64,000 bases of DNA, from positions 16,775,983 to 16,839,982 of the forward strand of contig NC_052167.1 of assembly GCF_902713615.1 (NCBI RefSeq). Reading direction: 5' to 3'. This document shows positions 49,363 to 61,653 of this stretch, piece by piece. The stretch is from Scyliorhinus canicula (taxonomy: Eukaryota). The first letter of the stretch is position 1, and the number at the start of each line of letters is the position of its first letter. The notes below the pieces were generated by a model, which saw nothing but the letters and a program-made list of their open reading frames with translations, made no database searches and was not told where the DNA came from. The position numbers were made by a program, and so were the translations under genes.

Positions 49363-52300
49363 AGTGACAACATTCCCACCGGATTTCAACGTTGAATAAA
49401 CGAAAACCGGTGCTCTTGGTGTCATTTGAAGAGAAATGTTAAGACCCGACGTGCATCCGCGAGAGCCTGCTGCAGCTAACGTTCCCACATTAACACATTA
49501 GTCAAACGGAACCGATTGTCCGTCCATCGAACCGATTGTAAAAAATGAACATTCCTCGGGGTCCCCCCTCCGCTCAAATTAAATGTGTGAAGGATGTGTG
49601 AGACACACACTGCGTTGCGTTAACCCGGCAAAACACAAGGACACATGGAAAGGTTCAGCGAGGACAGCATCAGCCAACTTTGCAGTTCAGAACCTTGTTA
49701 GTAAGTTTGCTAGTTTGGACGTCCTTCTATTTTAGCGTCAAGAAGGTTGATGCAGTTATCCCTCAAAGGAGATTTCCAAAATGTCACAATTATCATTAAA
49801 TTATCACGTAAAGCCAATTAAAAATGAATGCTTCTTTATTTAAAAATAAAATCATCTTCAAACCAGACTACCTTCGTCAGATCGTAGCTTTATTTCATGG
49901 CTGTTTCGAGTGAGGTGACCCCAGACACCCCCCCCCCCCCCCCCCCCCATTACATTCTTGGTGAGAAACGCTTTATACATTTTGGACACGTTTTCTCCTG
50001 ACGCACTATTATACTAACATTGTCCCTTTGCAATTAGAATGAACTTAATGAGTCGCTACCGAGTTTCACTCGCCTGCAAGAGCGAGGGACGTCCTTTAAA
50101 GCTCCCTAAACTAGTTATCTGTTTCAAAGTCACATAGTGTTGCAAAGAGGTCATTTTGAGCAAGTTCCCGTGGAAACATATATAAATAGTCCACGCCCTT
50201 ACAATTCGTTCAAGTAACTGATTGCGGGCTGGATTTCGATTGATCACATGGACCGTTTTGTAGAAATAGTTCTAGGTTGTCTAATTAGATCCTGTCCAGT
50301 ATCTGTGGGGAATATTTGTGTGAAACAATGAACAAAATGAGACACTTCAGGAGCTACACGTGGCTTTATGTCCTGCACTGTTTGCAGAAGTAAAAACAAG
50401 CATTTATTTTCACGTTAATAGGACAGATTTTATGATCAAACTGTTAACACGTGGAATCTGCAACTCACACACAATTCTATGAAGCTGTATGGTTTTTTTT
50501 TCCCCAGGGAGATAGATGGTGCCACTTGGAATGTATTGCATATATGGGATGGATGCTCCATTATTACACATGTTTTCGAAGCAAGTGTGTAGAAATTCGC
50601 ATGGAGTGAATCCCAGGCGAATAACGTTTGTGTTAAACCAGATTAAGTTGTTTCAGAATGTCTGTTTCTCAGGCGATGAATTGCAACCGTTTTATTGCAC
50701 ATTCGGTGAACGTAGGATCTTGCCTTTTGAGATTCTTAAATTCGTTTAGCAACTAATCGAACTAATTAAGTCATCAGACTTCTTTTAAAAAATTGCACAG
50801 GACTGCTGTCCCTTTGCATCGTTCCCTCAGTGACTGGCATTTCAACCGGTTACAGTATCACAGTGTCTGGGGTGCAGGGCAAGTCACGGCACACTGGCTA
50901 CCGAATGTCGAGGCGCTTTAAAGTTTGTGGATATTTCGGCTGCTTTAAATGGATGTGTGTGGGGGTTGATAAAGAAGATGAGTTCAGCAAAAAAACAACA
51001 AATAAATAAAAGCAAGGTAGGGAAAGCTCTGGGACATATCGACAAAAGCCTGGTCGACAAAAAGCACGCTCATGAGAATGATCCCCACGCTTGTAGCGAA
51101 TGAGCAGCTCAAATTACAAAACTATCTCCCAGTGACAGAAAAGATCTGTAAAATTATAAATTTATTTGAAAAAGGCGCACATTTTCGAACCGCAACTTCT
51201 AACCTTTAACGGGCGTTTTCGACCTCAGGGGAAACTCTCAAGTATTATTGTTCTAAAAATGCTTCTGAAGTCCATATCTCCGTCGATATTGTGGTAAGAG
51301 GAATATCGCAAAGTCCAAAGCATTGTTGTGATTGTAAGCGAACATGCTTTGAATTAAAGTGGGATGCTTGTGTTGGGGGATGCCAGTGTTAGTAATCAGT
51401 TTCCCTATAAAACAAAACTGCTCCTTTGTAAATTTGACCCCTGGGACAAAATAGAACCACTGGGGTGTCTCTTTTAAACTGGCTTCTGAGTTTGAGTTTG
51501 AGTTCTGAGTTAAGTGTAACTAACGAAAAACGCTACAAAAACCTACATTATTTCAAAGCTGACAGAGCCACCCCACTCACTTGGCTATTGCATGATTTAT
51601 GTTATTGCCCGAAAAAAATTGTTTAAAAAAAACATACAAGAAGTGTTTTGTTTACAACCAGCTGACTGTCAGTGGGGAGAGAGGGGGTGGAGAATGCATG
51701 CTAGAGGCTCTCTGTAGCCTGACATATGTTGCTTAGTAATTAATTCAGCCCAGCCTAATTTTTAGTCTTTCCCTTACTGTTAATTTTAAGTGGTACCATG
51801 CATTGAGTAATGATATTGTTAACATATGCACGCTGCTGTGAAAAAAATACAAGCGCCACCGTCACTTTCGCGCTCGTTTTCGTTCGAAGAAAAGCTTGTT
51901 GACAGGCATAAGGACTGCAGTTGTAACTGAAGGATTGCTTTGACTTCGTTTCGGCCCGACCCCAGCTCCTTCTCGCCCCCAAACCTTAAATGACACAAAT
52001 AAGACTTCAGGAGAGGGTGGGATGGCGGGGTAGTTCTTGTTACAATGACCGTTGCAGAGAATGTTAAGATGCTGTGTAAAATATCAGACAATCTGTTCCG
52101 GGGGGGGGGGGGGGGGGGTGAACGCAGTTTTTTTGTTGTTGTTGAAGTTATTGTATTCGGAAGTTGCTGGGAGAGTTTAACGTTTGGCTGCACTTGCCGT
52201 TTAACTTGGCAATCTGCTTGGGTCACCCAAAACACTTTAGTGTCAAATATTCCCGCCCGAAAAGGCTTCGTTATTGTTTTCTGTGTCCACTGCAAACTTC

Positions 52301-53772
52301 TTATTCACGCCGATTGCAAGTGCCTTCCGAATGGAAAAGATGGTTTCCAGAATTTGGGGGGGTGGGGGGTTTATGGTTCCCAATCCAGTCCAAGAAATTG
52401 AACTCCAGATGCAATCCTGTAAAAAATCACATCCCTCCCCACTTCCACAAATAAAACGTGGAAGGAACCAAACCGTTTTCTGCTGGACTTTCCAAAGCTC
52501 CACAAGGTGCAGGTGAGGTTATATAGAAACCTGTTGAATGCCCTATATTTGGGGTGGCCTATATTTGGACACACAGACATACACGTACAACCACACATCT
52601 GTATTAGTGAGCCCTCCCGTTCAGTGGAACTGTCCTGGGGCTGGAGAGGCAGGGCGTGCAGAGATTTGTAATCTGTTCAGAGCCCCAACAATTTCATGAT
52701 GGTTAAATAGACGGAAAGTAACTTTCTGCCAATACTTCCGGCAAACTTTCCTCTTTTGCTTTGTTAGCCAGTCTTGCTAGCCCCCTTCCCCTCCACAGGG
52801 ACCAGGTCCATTTAGTGTTGTGGAGGTGGGTGCAGTGATTTGCAGCCTCTCACAGGCTCCTTTTTGACCAGGACAGGGATCCGAAGCAACCTTCCTCTGA
52901 GTTAGCCGCGTTGCAATGAAATGTATTCGTTGCAAACACACGTTTCAACGCTTAAGATGATTCTATAAGATGTAGAAACTTTTCAAAAGATTCCCAGTAC
53001 GTTTAAGCGTACACAAAATCTGAAATAAATATAATTTATAGTTCTGTCATCATGTATGCCCGATTAAAAACGTGGAGCAATCGATTATATTGATTTCAAT
53101 ATATGAAGCCCATATCCCCCTCCTCGGAGTTTGCAAATACTTGCCTGGTCAATTTGACTTTTTATAACCGATTTCCCCTTGTAATAATCATCTTTATTAG
53201 TGTCACAAGTAGGCTTACATTAACCCTGCAATTACTTTGACAAAAAGTCAACCAGACTCGAAACGTTAGCTCCCTTCTCTCTCCACAGATGCTGTCAGAC
53301 CCGCTGAGATTGTCCAGTATTTTCTGTTTTTGCATTGGCATGACCTCAGCTGCTCCAAACTCGGTGATCCATTCCCTCATGGGGAACAATGACATGGAAG
53401 ATTTGCTTGTGCCTGTTAAATAGTGTCTGTCCTGAATTCCCTCCTAGCATCTCTGCAAGAATCATTGGCTGTGGGAGTCAGGTTCCATTCGTGGACATGA
53501 GCACCAAAATACTCACCTCTCAATCAACATCAAAAAGCAGCCTATCCGGTCATTATCTGCTTTGTGGGAGTTTCTGCGTGCAAATTGGCTGCTCTATATG
53601 ACACCAGCGATTCTGCTTGAAAAGTATTTCTTGTGATCGTGAAAGCTGGTATATAAATGGAAGTTTTCTTTTCAAAATATGCGGTGAGGTTAAGATTCAT
53701 TAGGAAGTCCCCAATGTAACACAGCTGAGCAGGAGAGTTTGTGCTGTCATTGCCTGCCTATTCTACACTATC

Positions 53773-54027
53773 TGGGGTGATGTGCATGGTCGACCGCCGA
53801 CCACTAGGTGGCATTGTAAACCCATCATCATGTGATGGGGTGTTGGGAGTTGGTCGTGCTGGGAGATAGACATATTTGCAGTAGTTCCACAAGAGTTGTT
53901 TAGTGTTAGTTGTTTGTTAGTATATTTATCCTAGTTATCTTACCAGGCAGTTTGTTCTTTAATAAATTATTTGAAACTACATGTTCTGTAGTAATCATTC
54001 AATTTGGCCAGTCTATAGAACATGACA
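53773..54027 (+). mobile_element. Possible short solo LTR
   Basis: TG...CA termini, imperfect TSD ctatc/ctatt, internal AATAAA. Confidence 0.45.
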
Positions 54028-54885
54028 CTATTATCAACTGCAAACGGTTTTTACAATCTGTTTTGCTACAGACAGATTGCAGAGACTTGCTTCGGGGAAA
54101 CAATGTTTTACTCTTGTTTTCTGCTACTGCTGGTGATTGTAGTACTACCCCCAGTTGTGGGGCTTTCCGCTATCTGCTGTCTAAATGGAAGTGTAAGATT
54201 GAACAAAGTCAATACATTTTATAAAGAAAAGTTCTGTGCCTTGGTTTTGACTTCACCAACTAGCTGGATCCTATTGACAGGAATGAGTTCCACATTATTC
54301 CCAGGGTGCGGGACTCACTCGTGCCTGACATTATGTCGCCCCTTCTGGGGAACTCCCAGAATCTGGCACACCATAATTGAAGGTTCTGTTGTTTTTCTGC
54401 CTCTGTAGATAGTTCAGGCAGTGCCCTATGGGGACCCCCTTCACCAACACTCCAACTCCTTCCCTCCCCACCACCCTCTTATTCCCTCTCTCCCCAGCCC
54501 CCCTTCCTTTCCCTTCTGTTGGTACAGAGCCGAGGGTATCAGGTCTCTCCAGCGCAAAGTTTAGTGCTTGTACCATTTGTTTTTTGTAGAAACGTGTTGT
54601 GAACAGTTTTAATAATCAGAGTATCTACCCCCTCCCCATACATCGGTACTGAGGGGAGGATATCCTGTTTCTCCAACACAAAATGAGTGTTTGTACCATT
54701 TGGCCTTGTGTATATATATTTTTACTGTTTTAATAAAAAGATATGGATAGAGATACAAGGTTATAGCAACAAACCTGGCTTGCGCATCATGCATCAGTCT
54801 GTCCTGGCCAATAATTTCCTGAAGAACTACCTGGGCATTCACTATTTTGATTGCAATTTCTGCTTTCTTTAAAAGTTCTGGGCAC

Positions 54886-55190
54886 ATAATAACAATCTTT
54901 ACTGTCACAAATGGACTTACATTGACACTGCAGTGAAGTTACTGTGAAGAGCCCCTAATCGCCACATTCCGGCGCCTGTTCGGGTACACAGAGGGAGAAT
55001 TCAGAATGTCCAAATTACCTAACAGCACGTCTTTCGGGATGTGTGGGAGGAAACCGGAGCACCCGGAGGAAACCCACGCAGACATGGGGAGAATGTGCAG
55101 ATTCCACACAGACAGTGAACCAAGCCGGGAATCGAACCTGGGACCCTGGCACAGCGAAACAACAGTGCTTACCACTGTGCTACCGTGCTG
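54886..55190 (-). mobile_element. tRNA-derived SINE
   Basis: Shared head and core. Confidence 0.85.
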
Positions 55191-55899
55191 CTCCAATACA
55201 AGCATACAGCTTTCCCAGATTATTGTCAAGGCAATGGCTTTATCACACAATTGCATGGGTGCCAGGCACAAGGCAACAAAAACAATTGCACATGTGGCTG
55301 AGTGAAATGCCAATTTTCAAGTGGAGGTTTGTTCAATGTCACAGCCTTGTTACTATTTCCCAAGAAAAAGGACAAAGCGTCATAGTTATAGTAATCCATT
55401 GGAAAAGGATGGGTTGAGTTGATTGCCTTGTGTTCTTTCTATTTCCTGTTCTCTGGAATAAATGTCTGTCTGAATGATCGAATAATGATATCAAACATGG
55501 AAACTGACCAGAACTGGTGCAGTAGTTCCAAATATATCGCATTGAATTATGTGAAAATGCTTCTTTGAGAGCTCGTGCCTTGTCCTTCAGTTCAGTTTCC
55601 TGATTCTTCATGCCATTTCTGTCTCATTAGGAATTAGTTATGAATAATTATAATGACCTTTATTTATTATTTCTTTCTCTGTTGGGGTTAGTGGGAGACT
55701 TCAATGGCCCATTGTCTCCATTCAATAAATAACTTAAGTAAAACAAGCAATGGCATCAGTTCACAAGCAGGCAGGCAATAGAAATAACCTTCAGGCTTGT
55801 TCTGATCTGTAATGTACTGACTTAAATGCTGGTGGAAGCAGATTCAATAATAACTTTCCAAAGGGAATTGGACAGAGGAAAAAAAATGCATGTCTGTTA

Positions 55900-56245
55900 G
55901 GAAAGCACGGTAGCATTGTGGATAGCACAATTGCTTCACAGCTCCAGGTTCGATTCCGGCTTGGGTCACTGTCTGTGCGGAGTCTGCACATCCTCCCCAT
56001 GTGTGCGTGGGTTTCCTCCAGGTGTTCCGGTTTCCTCCCACAGTCCAAAGATGTGCAGGTTAGGTGGATTGGCCATGCTAAATTGCCCTTAGTGTCCAAA
56101 ATTGCCCTTAGTGTTGGGTGGGGTTACTGAGTTATGGGGATAGGATGGAGGTGTTGACCTTGGGTAGGATGCTCTTTACAAGAGGTGGTGCAGACTCGAT
56201 GGGCCGAATAGCCTCCTTCTGCACTGTAAATTCTATGTAAAAGTC
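55900..56245 (+). mobile_element. HE1-like SINE
   Basis: Near copy of 38500-38848. Confidence 0.85.
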
Positions 56246-56906
56246 TATGAAAGGGCAGGAGAGTTGGACTAATTCAATAGTCGTTCAAAAGGGCTGATGT
56301 TTGCTTGATGCGCCAAATATGGCCTTCTCTGTCCTATATGATTCCAAGATTAGTCACATTTCTGCAGAGATTTGTGTTGGCTTCATGTCATGTTAATAGG
56401 TGACATTAAAACTGATTTAACACAATGTACGAGATGAAAGTCATACGCACATATTTTGGGACTAGCTCAACAGATGTGAAACGAAACGTTGCATTGCCAA
56501 ATATGGTTCCATGCATCCTGGGGCTCCAGATACACAGGCAGGTGAGTATGGATCATAGTGATCTTTTTCAGTTTGTGTATAGTTTGTGCACACTATATTT
56601 TGCCAAGTAAGTGCTCTTCTGGTCACCACTTACGGCTCTGTACCCTTCACTTTTCTCTTATTAGCCTGTTGTCAGCCATTGAGAGAACGTAGGAATCTAT
56701 TATTACCTAGAAAAATTATGCACCTAGAAAAATAGACAGAGTCAGCATGATTTTGCAGAAGGGAAATCATGCTAGTCAAGTAATTTATTCAAGGAGCTTT
56801 ATAGTTGGGCATATAAAGGGGGGCCAGTAGATGTAATATACTTAGATTTACGAAAATACACGTACTAAAGTGCCACACAATTCTTTCCTTCTTTATTCTT
56901 CTAGGG

Positions 56907-57093
56907 CAGTGATTCTCAAACTATCTGATGTGGCGGACCGGCAGTTTTTTTTTCCAATGTGCCAGGGACCGGCAGTCTCCCGTGGCGTTGAATATCACTA
57001 CTGTCTCTTTCTTTTCTGGAAACACTCCAAGTACCGGCAAACGATGGCTCGCGTACCGGCACCGGTACGCGTACCACACTTTGAGTAGCACTG
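56907..57093. mobile_element. hAT-type MITE (187 bp)
   Basis: TIR cagtgattctcaaa / tttgagtagcactg; perfect 8-bp TSD ttctaggg at 56899-56906 and 57094-57101. Confidence 0.88.
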
Positions 57094-57579
57094 TTCTAGG
57101 GGATGTGGGCTAGCGTTTGTTGCCCATCCCTAATTGCCCCTTGAACTGAGTGACATTCTGGGCCATTTCAGGTGGTAGTTAAGAATCAACCACATTGTTG
57201 TGGGCTTGGATATTGTCCAGATCAGCTGAAGATGACAGATTTCCTTCCCTAAAGGACATTAGACAACCTACAACAATCAATGATAGCCATCGTGGCCATG
57301 AATGCTGAGACTAGTTACATGTTCCAGATTGTATTAATTGAATTTAAACTTCACCAGTTGCCATGGTGGGATTTGAAGCTATGTCCCCCAGGGTGTTAGC
57401 CTGGATTTTGGGATTATTACTGATAATCCCGATACTGATACACAACCATCTTTCACAAGATACGGGTTCATGGAGTTGATGTTGATGGAGGATTGGATTA
57501 GTTAACATATAGGAAGCAGAGAGTAAAGATAAGAGGGGTATTGACAGGTTGGCAGGCTGTAACTAATGGAATGCACAAT

Positions 57580-57933
57580 CATAGATTATCATAGAATTTA
57601 CAGTGCAGAAGGAGGCCATTCGGCCCATTGAGTCTGCACCGGCCGTCGGAAAGAGCACCCTACCCAAGGTCAACACCTCCACCCTATCCCCATAACCAAG
57701 TAACCCCACCCAACACTAAGGGCAATTTTGGACACTAAGGGCAATTTATCATGGCCAATCCACCTAACCTGCACATCTTTGGACTGTGGGAGGAAACCGG
57801 AGCATCCGGAGGAAACCCACGCATATACGGGAAGGATGTGCAGATTCCGCACAGACAGTGACCCAATCCGGAATCGAACCTGGGATCCTGGAGCTGTGAA
57901 GCAATTGTGCTATCCACAATGCTATCGTGCTGC
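57580..57933 (-). mobile_element. HE1-like SINE inserted in a CR1 fragment
   Basis: Flanked by a caatca direct repeat. Confidence 0.85.
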
Positions 57934-58479
57934 CAATCAGTGCTGGAGTCTCCATATGGGCTGGAGATGGAGTTGGGGGGGGGGGGGGGGGGGGGTTTGG
58001 CGCTGGCCTCCTGATGGGCCACTCTCGAGAACAATTCCCCATCACCAACACCTTCTCCACTCCTCAATGAGGCATGACTGATTGACACCATGGACCAACT
58101 TGTGAAGAGGTTGCCATCCATCTTGGACAGCTGCAATCCCTACTATGGCCACTGCTCCTGCTGGCGCTGCTGGCTCTGAAAAGCCGCCACCCGTCTGCTT
58201 GGCTGGCTGCTTTTAGGAACAGGTTTCCATCCATTAAAGGGACAGGAGCCCTGGTGCCAGGCAGTTATTTGCCTCAGCACCAAAAAATGCATCCGGGGAT
58301 CCCCAATTGGCTGAGGTGGGGTTCCCCCAGCATTCTGGCCTGACATCAGGACCCCTATTGCAACATTAAAATTCAGCTCCAGTACCTGAACACAGGATTG
58401 AACCAAGTATATTTCTGGTCCGTAAGGTTCAACTACATACAAGGCAATGCTTAGCACAGAAGGGGCTATTTACATACAA

Positions 58480-58660
58480 GGGGCTGGTTTAGCACAGGGC
58501 TAAATCGCTGGCTTTGAAAGCAGACCAAGGCAGGCCAGCAGCATGGTTCAATTCCCGTAACAGCCTCCCCGAACAGGCGCCGGAATATGGCGACTAGCGG
58601 CTTTTCACAGTAACTTCATTTGAAGCCTACTTGTGACAATAAGTGATTTCCATTTCCATG
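58480..58660 (+). mobile_element. Short tRNA-derived SINE
   Basis: Same family as 36240-36422. Confidence 0.8.
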
Positions 58661-59669
58661 TACTTACTAACTGAGCCAATGGGGAGATGCATCTGTTTGA
58701 GCTGCACCCACTGATCCACATATACTAGTGGGTTGCTGCACATATCACTCTTGTAGACCTACCTGCCAATACTTAACCCAGGAATTTTCCATAGCTTCAG
58801 TTTGTGAGGCAATTGCTTTAGGAGACCTTCCAGAAATGTGACATTTAACAATATTCCATGCTTAAGTTTGGCCCGTTCTGCCATAGAGTCATAGAAGCCG
58901 ACAGCACAGAAAAGGCCCTTCGGCCCATTGCTTCTCTGCCAGTCAAAACAGCCACCTAACTATTCTAATCCCCAATGTCCAGCACTTGGCCTAACCTTGT
59001 ATTCCTTGTCATCACAATACTTCTTAAATGTCTTTTAAGCTAAAGTCTCAAAATCCGTATGTAAATTTGTGGGTCCACACATGTGGTGTTGATCCCAACT
59101 ATTTGGCACACGCATACACATATGGGATTGGTCGTAGACACATGTTATGTACATAAGTTTGGGGAAACAAATTAGCATTGGAATTGAAAGGGAGACGACG
59201 TCCTTCAACATCATGAACAGTGACTTATAAAAAAAAACGCGAGGTTTTTAGTTTCAATCCGAATTCCAGCCACCCGCAACTTTTTCTATGGAATAAATTT
59301 TCCGTGCTGGAACCTCCTTTTCCCAGAAGAGTACGACAATCTGGTCGGCAGACAGCTCCATAACAGTCACCCTACACTGCACTGCGTAATAGGTAATTTT
59401 ATTGGACTGAGTTGATGGAACCATTTTAACTACTTGTGCCCTGACACCTACACCAACCTGCTTTCTCCTTTTTTTTTTAACAGACGTCTTTTTTCTAATG
59501 TGTCCATTCGGGTAAGCTTCATCCTTTTTAAATATTAAAATAAACTGTCTTTCTTCAGCTCCCTGGTTGGAAACTCATGGTCCTTCTCACCACCAACAAG
59601 AACAAGAACCCTGAGCTGCTTTGCAGAAGGTTGGAGGGCACTAAGCATAGAGCTGAGAATATATGATAT

Positions 59670-60000
59670 TGTAGAACTCCTGCAGTGCAGAAGGAGGCCA
59701 TTCAGCCCATCAAGACTTTATCAACCCTCCAAAAGAGCACCCTAACACCCCCCCCCCCCTCACTCTATTCCAGTAGACCCAGAACCCCACCTAACCGTTG
59801 GACACTAAGAGGAAATTTAGTGTGGTCAATCCACCTAACCTGCACATCTTTGAACTGGGAGAAAACCAGAGCACCCGGAGGAAACCCACGCAGGGGGAGA
59901 ACGTGCAAGCTCCACACAGACAGTTACCCAAGGCCAGAATCAAACCTGTGGCCCTGGTGCTGTGAGACAGCAGTGCTAACAACAGTGCCACTGTGCTGCC
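59670..60000 (-). mobile_element. HE1-like SINE
   Basis: Shared head, core and tail. Confidence 0.8.
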
Positions 60001-60129
60001 TATAGGTGATCAAAGACACAATTGAAGAGGTAGTTTTGAGGAGGGTTTTGAAGGTGAGGACAGAGATGTTGACTTGCTTGGAGCACAGGAGGCTGAGGGA
60101 TGCCCTGATTGAGGGGTACAAACTACAAA

Positions 60130-60470
60130 GCACATAGAGTAGATAGGAAGAAACATTTCCCCTTAGTTGAGGCGCATAGAATCAGGGAACATAGATTTAA
60201 GATAATGGGTAGGAGATGTGGAGGGGATTTGAGGAAAAACATTTTCACCCAGAGGGTAGTGGGAATCTGGAACTAACTGCCTGAAAGGGTGGGAGATGTG
60301 GGAACCCTCACATTTAGAAGAATTTAGATCAGCACTTGAAACACCATAGCATACAAGCTATGGACCGTGCTGGAAAATGGGATTAGAATAGATAGGTGCT
60401 TGATGGCCCACCCAGAGACGGTGGGCCAAAGGGCCTTTTTCTCTGCTGGAAATCTCTATGTCTCTATGAC
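60130..60470 (+). mobile_element. CR1 3' end
   Basis: ttttcacccagagggtagtgggaatctggaac plus CR1 tail. Confidence 0.7.
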
Positions 60471-61579
60471 TAAGTCTTGTGTTTACCAGCCCAAGTACCA
60501 TGTTAAGGAAGTGTTAATGTTAATTACTACCAATAAATCTGCCGCTGAAAATGAACTATTGCAAGCAAGGAATCTCATTCTTTCAGGTGTTAATTGTCAA
60601 AATGTCAAATTATTTTTCCCACTCTTTATTTCTCTTTCTGCACCTTATTTGACATTCAATTGACCACCCATTTGCGCTTCTCTCTCAGCTCCTGCCCAGA
60701 GCTGTCATTTTATCTGATTGGTCAAGCAGATACACAGTTTCGTGGCCAGGTTACTCAGATCCCAATGTCCTGTTCCCCTTGCTGCTATTGTAAACTGGCA
60801 CTTCCAGCAACATGCAACCCAAAAATGTTCACAATCAAATGAGCATCAACAAGTCGGACTAATGGCCGATGCTGTTAATTGCCCCGTTAAAGCAAAGTCT
60901 GGGTTCACATGGCAGGAATTCAGAACATTTGTTCAAAAATAATAGGCGCCTTACATTAATATAAAAGCAGATGCTGGGGAGCTGAAATAAAAACAAAAAT
61001 CGCTGGGGAAACTCAGCAAATCTGGCAGCATCCATGGAGAGGGAAATAGAATTACTCTTTCGAGTCCAAAATTACTTTTCTTTGGAATGGAACCTTCCAT
61101 TCTTGGCTCTCATATAGATCAGATATAAAAATAACTCTGGGTTAGCCTGACAAAATACTGGCAGCAAAACATACCAATGGTTTGTTGGGGTGGGTTAGAA
61201 CATATAATTTAAACTAATTGCAATGAAAGATTGTTAAAGAAGCTTGTTTTCTGCTTCATTCACTTATAACATTCAGAAGGCTATTTTCCTTTTGAATTGC
61301 TGTTTAATTGTCATGCATGAAACAAGTTGCTTCCTTTCTCCCCACTCTCCAGTGCCTGTTAGCTGCTACCCTATGTTGTTTTTTTGAGAACTAGCAACCT
61401 TCTCAGTTTTTCAATCCTTGTCCTTTTTTATTTTGCTTGCCAGCTGTATCATGGTCAGCTTCAGTGTTTTCTCTGGCGTTACAGAAATGCAAACCGGTGT
61501 CATTGTTCCTTTCATTGTGATGTCACAACAGTAGCAACTGTTGTCCTCATTTCTTTAAATTTCACATATGAGCGGTGTC

Positions 61580-61653
61580 GGTTCAGTAGCTCGGTGGTTA
61601 AGAGCCCTGGTCTTGTAAACCCAGGGTTGCGAGTTCGATTCTCTCTGGGGCGT
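61580..61653 (+). pseudogene. Degenerate tRNA-Thr(UGU)
   Basis: GGTTCAGTAGCTCGGTGGTTAAGAGCCCTGGTC-TTGTAA-ACCCAGGGTTGCGAGTTCGATTCTCTCTGGGGCGT resembles vertebrate tRNA-Thr-TGT, but has mismatches in the acceptor, anticodon and T stems. Confidence 0.75.
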
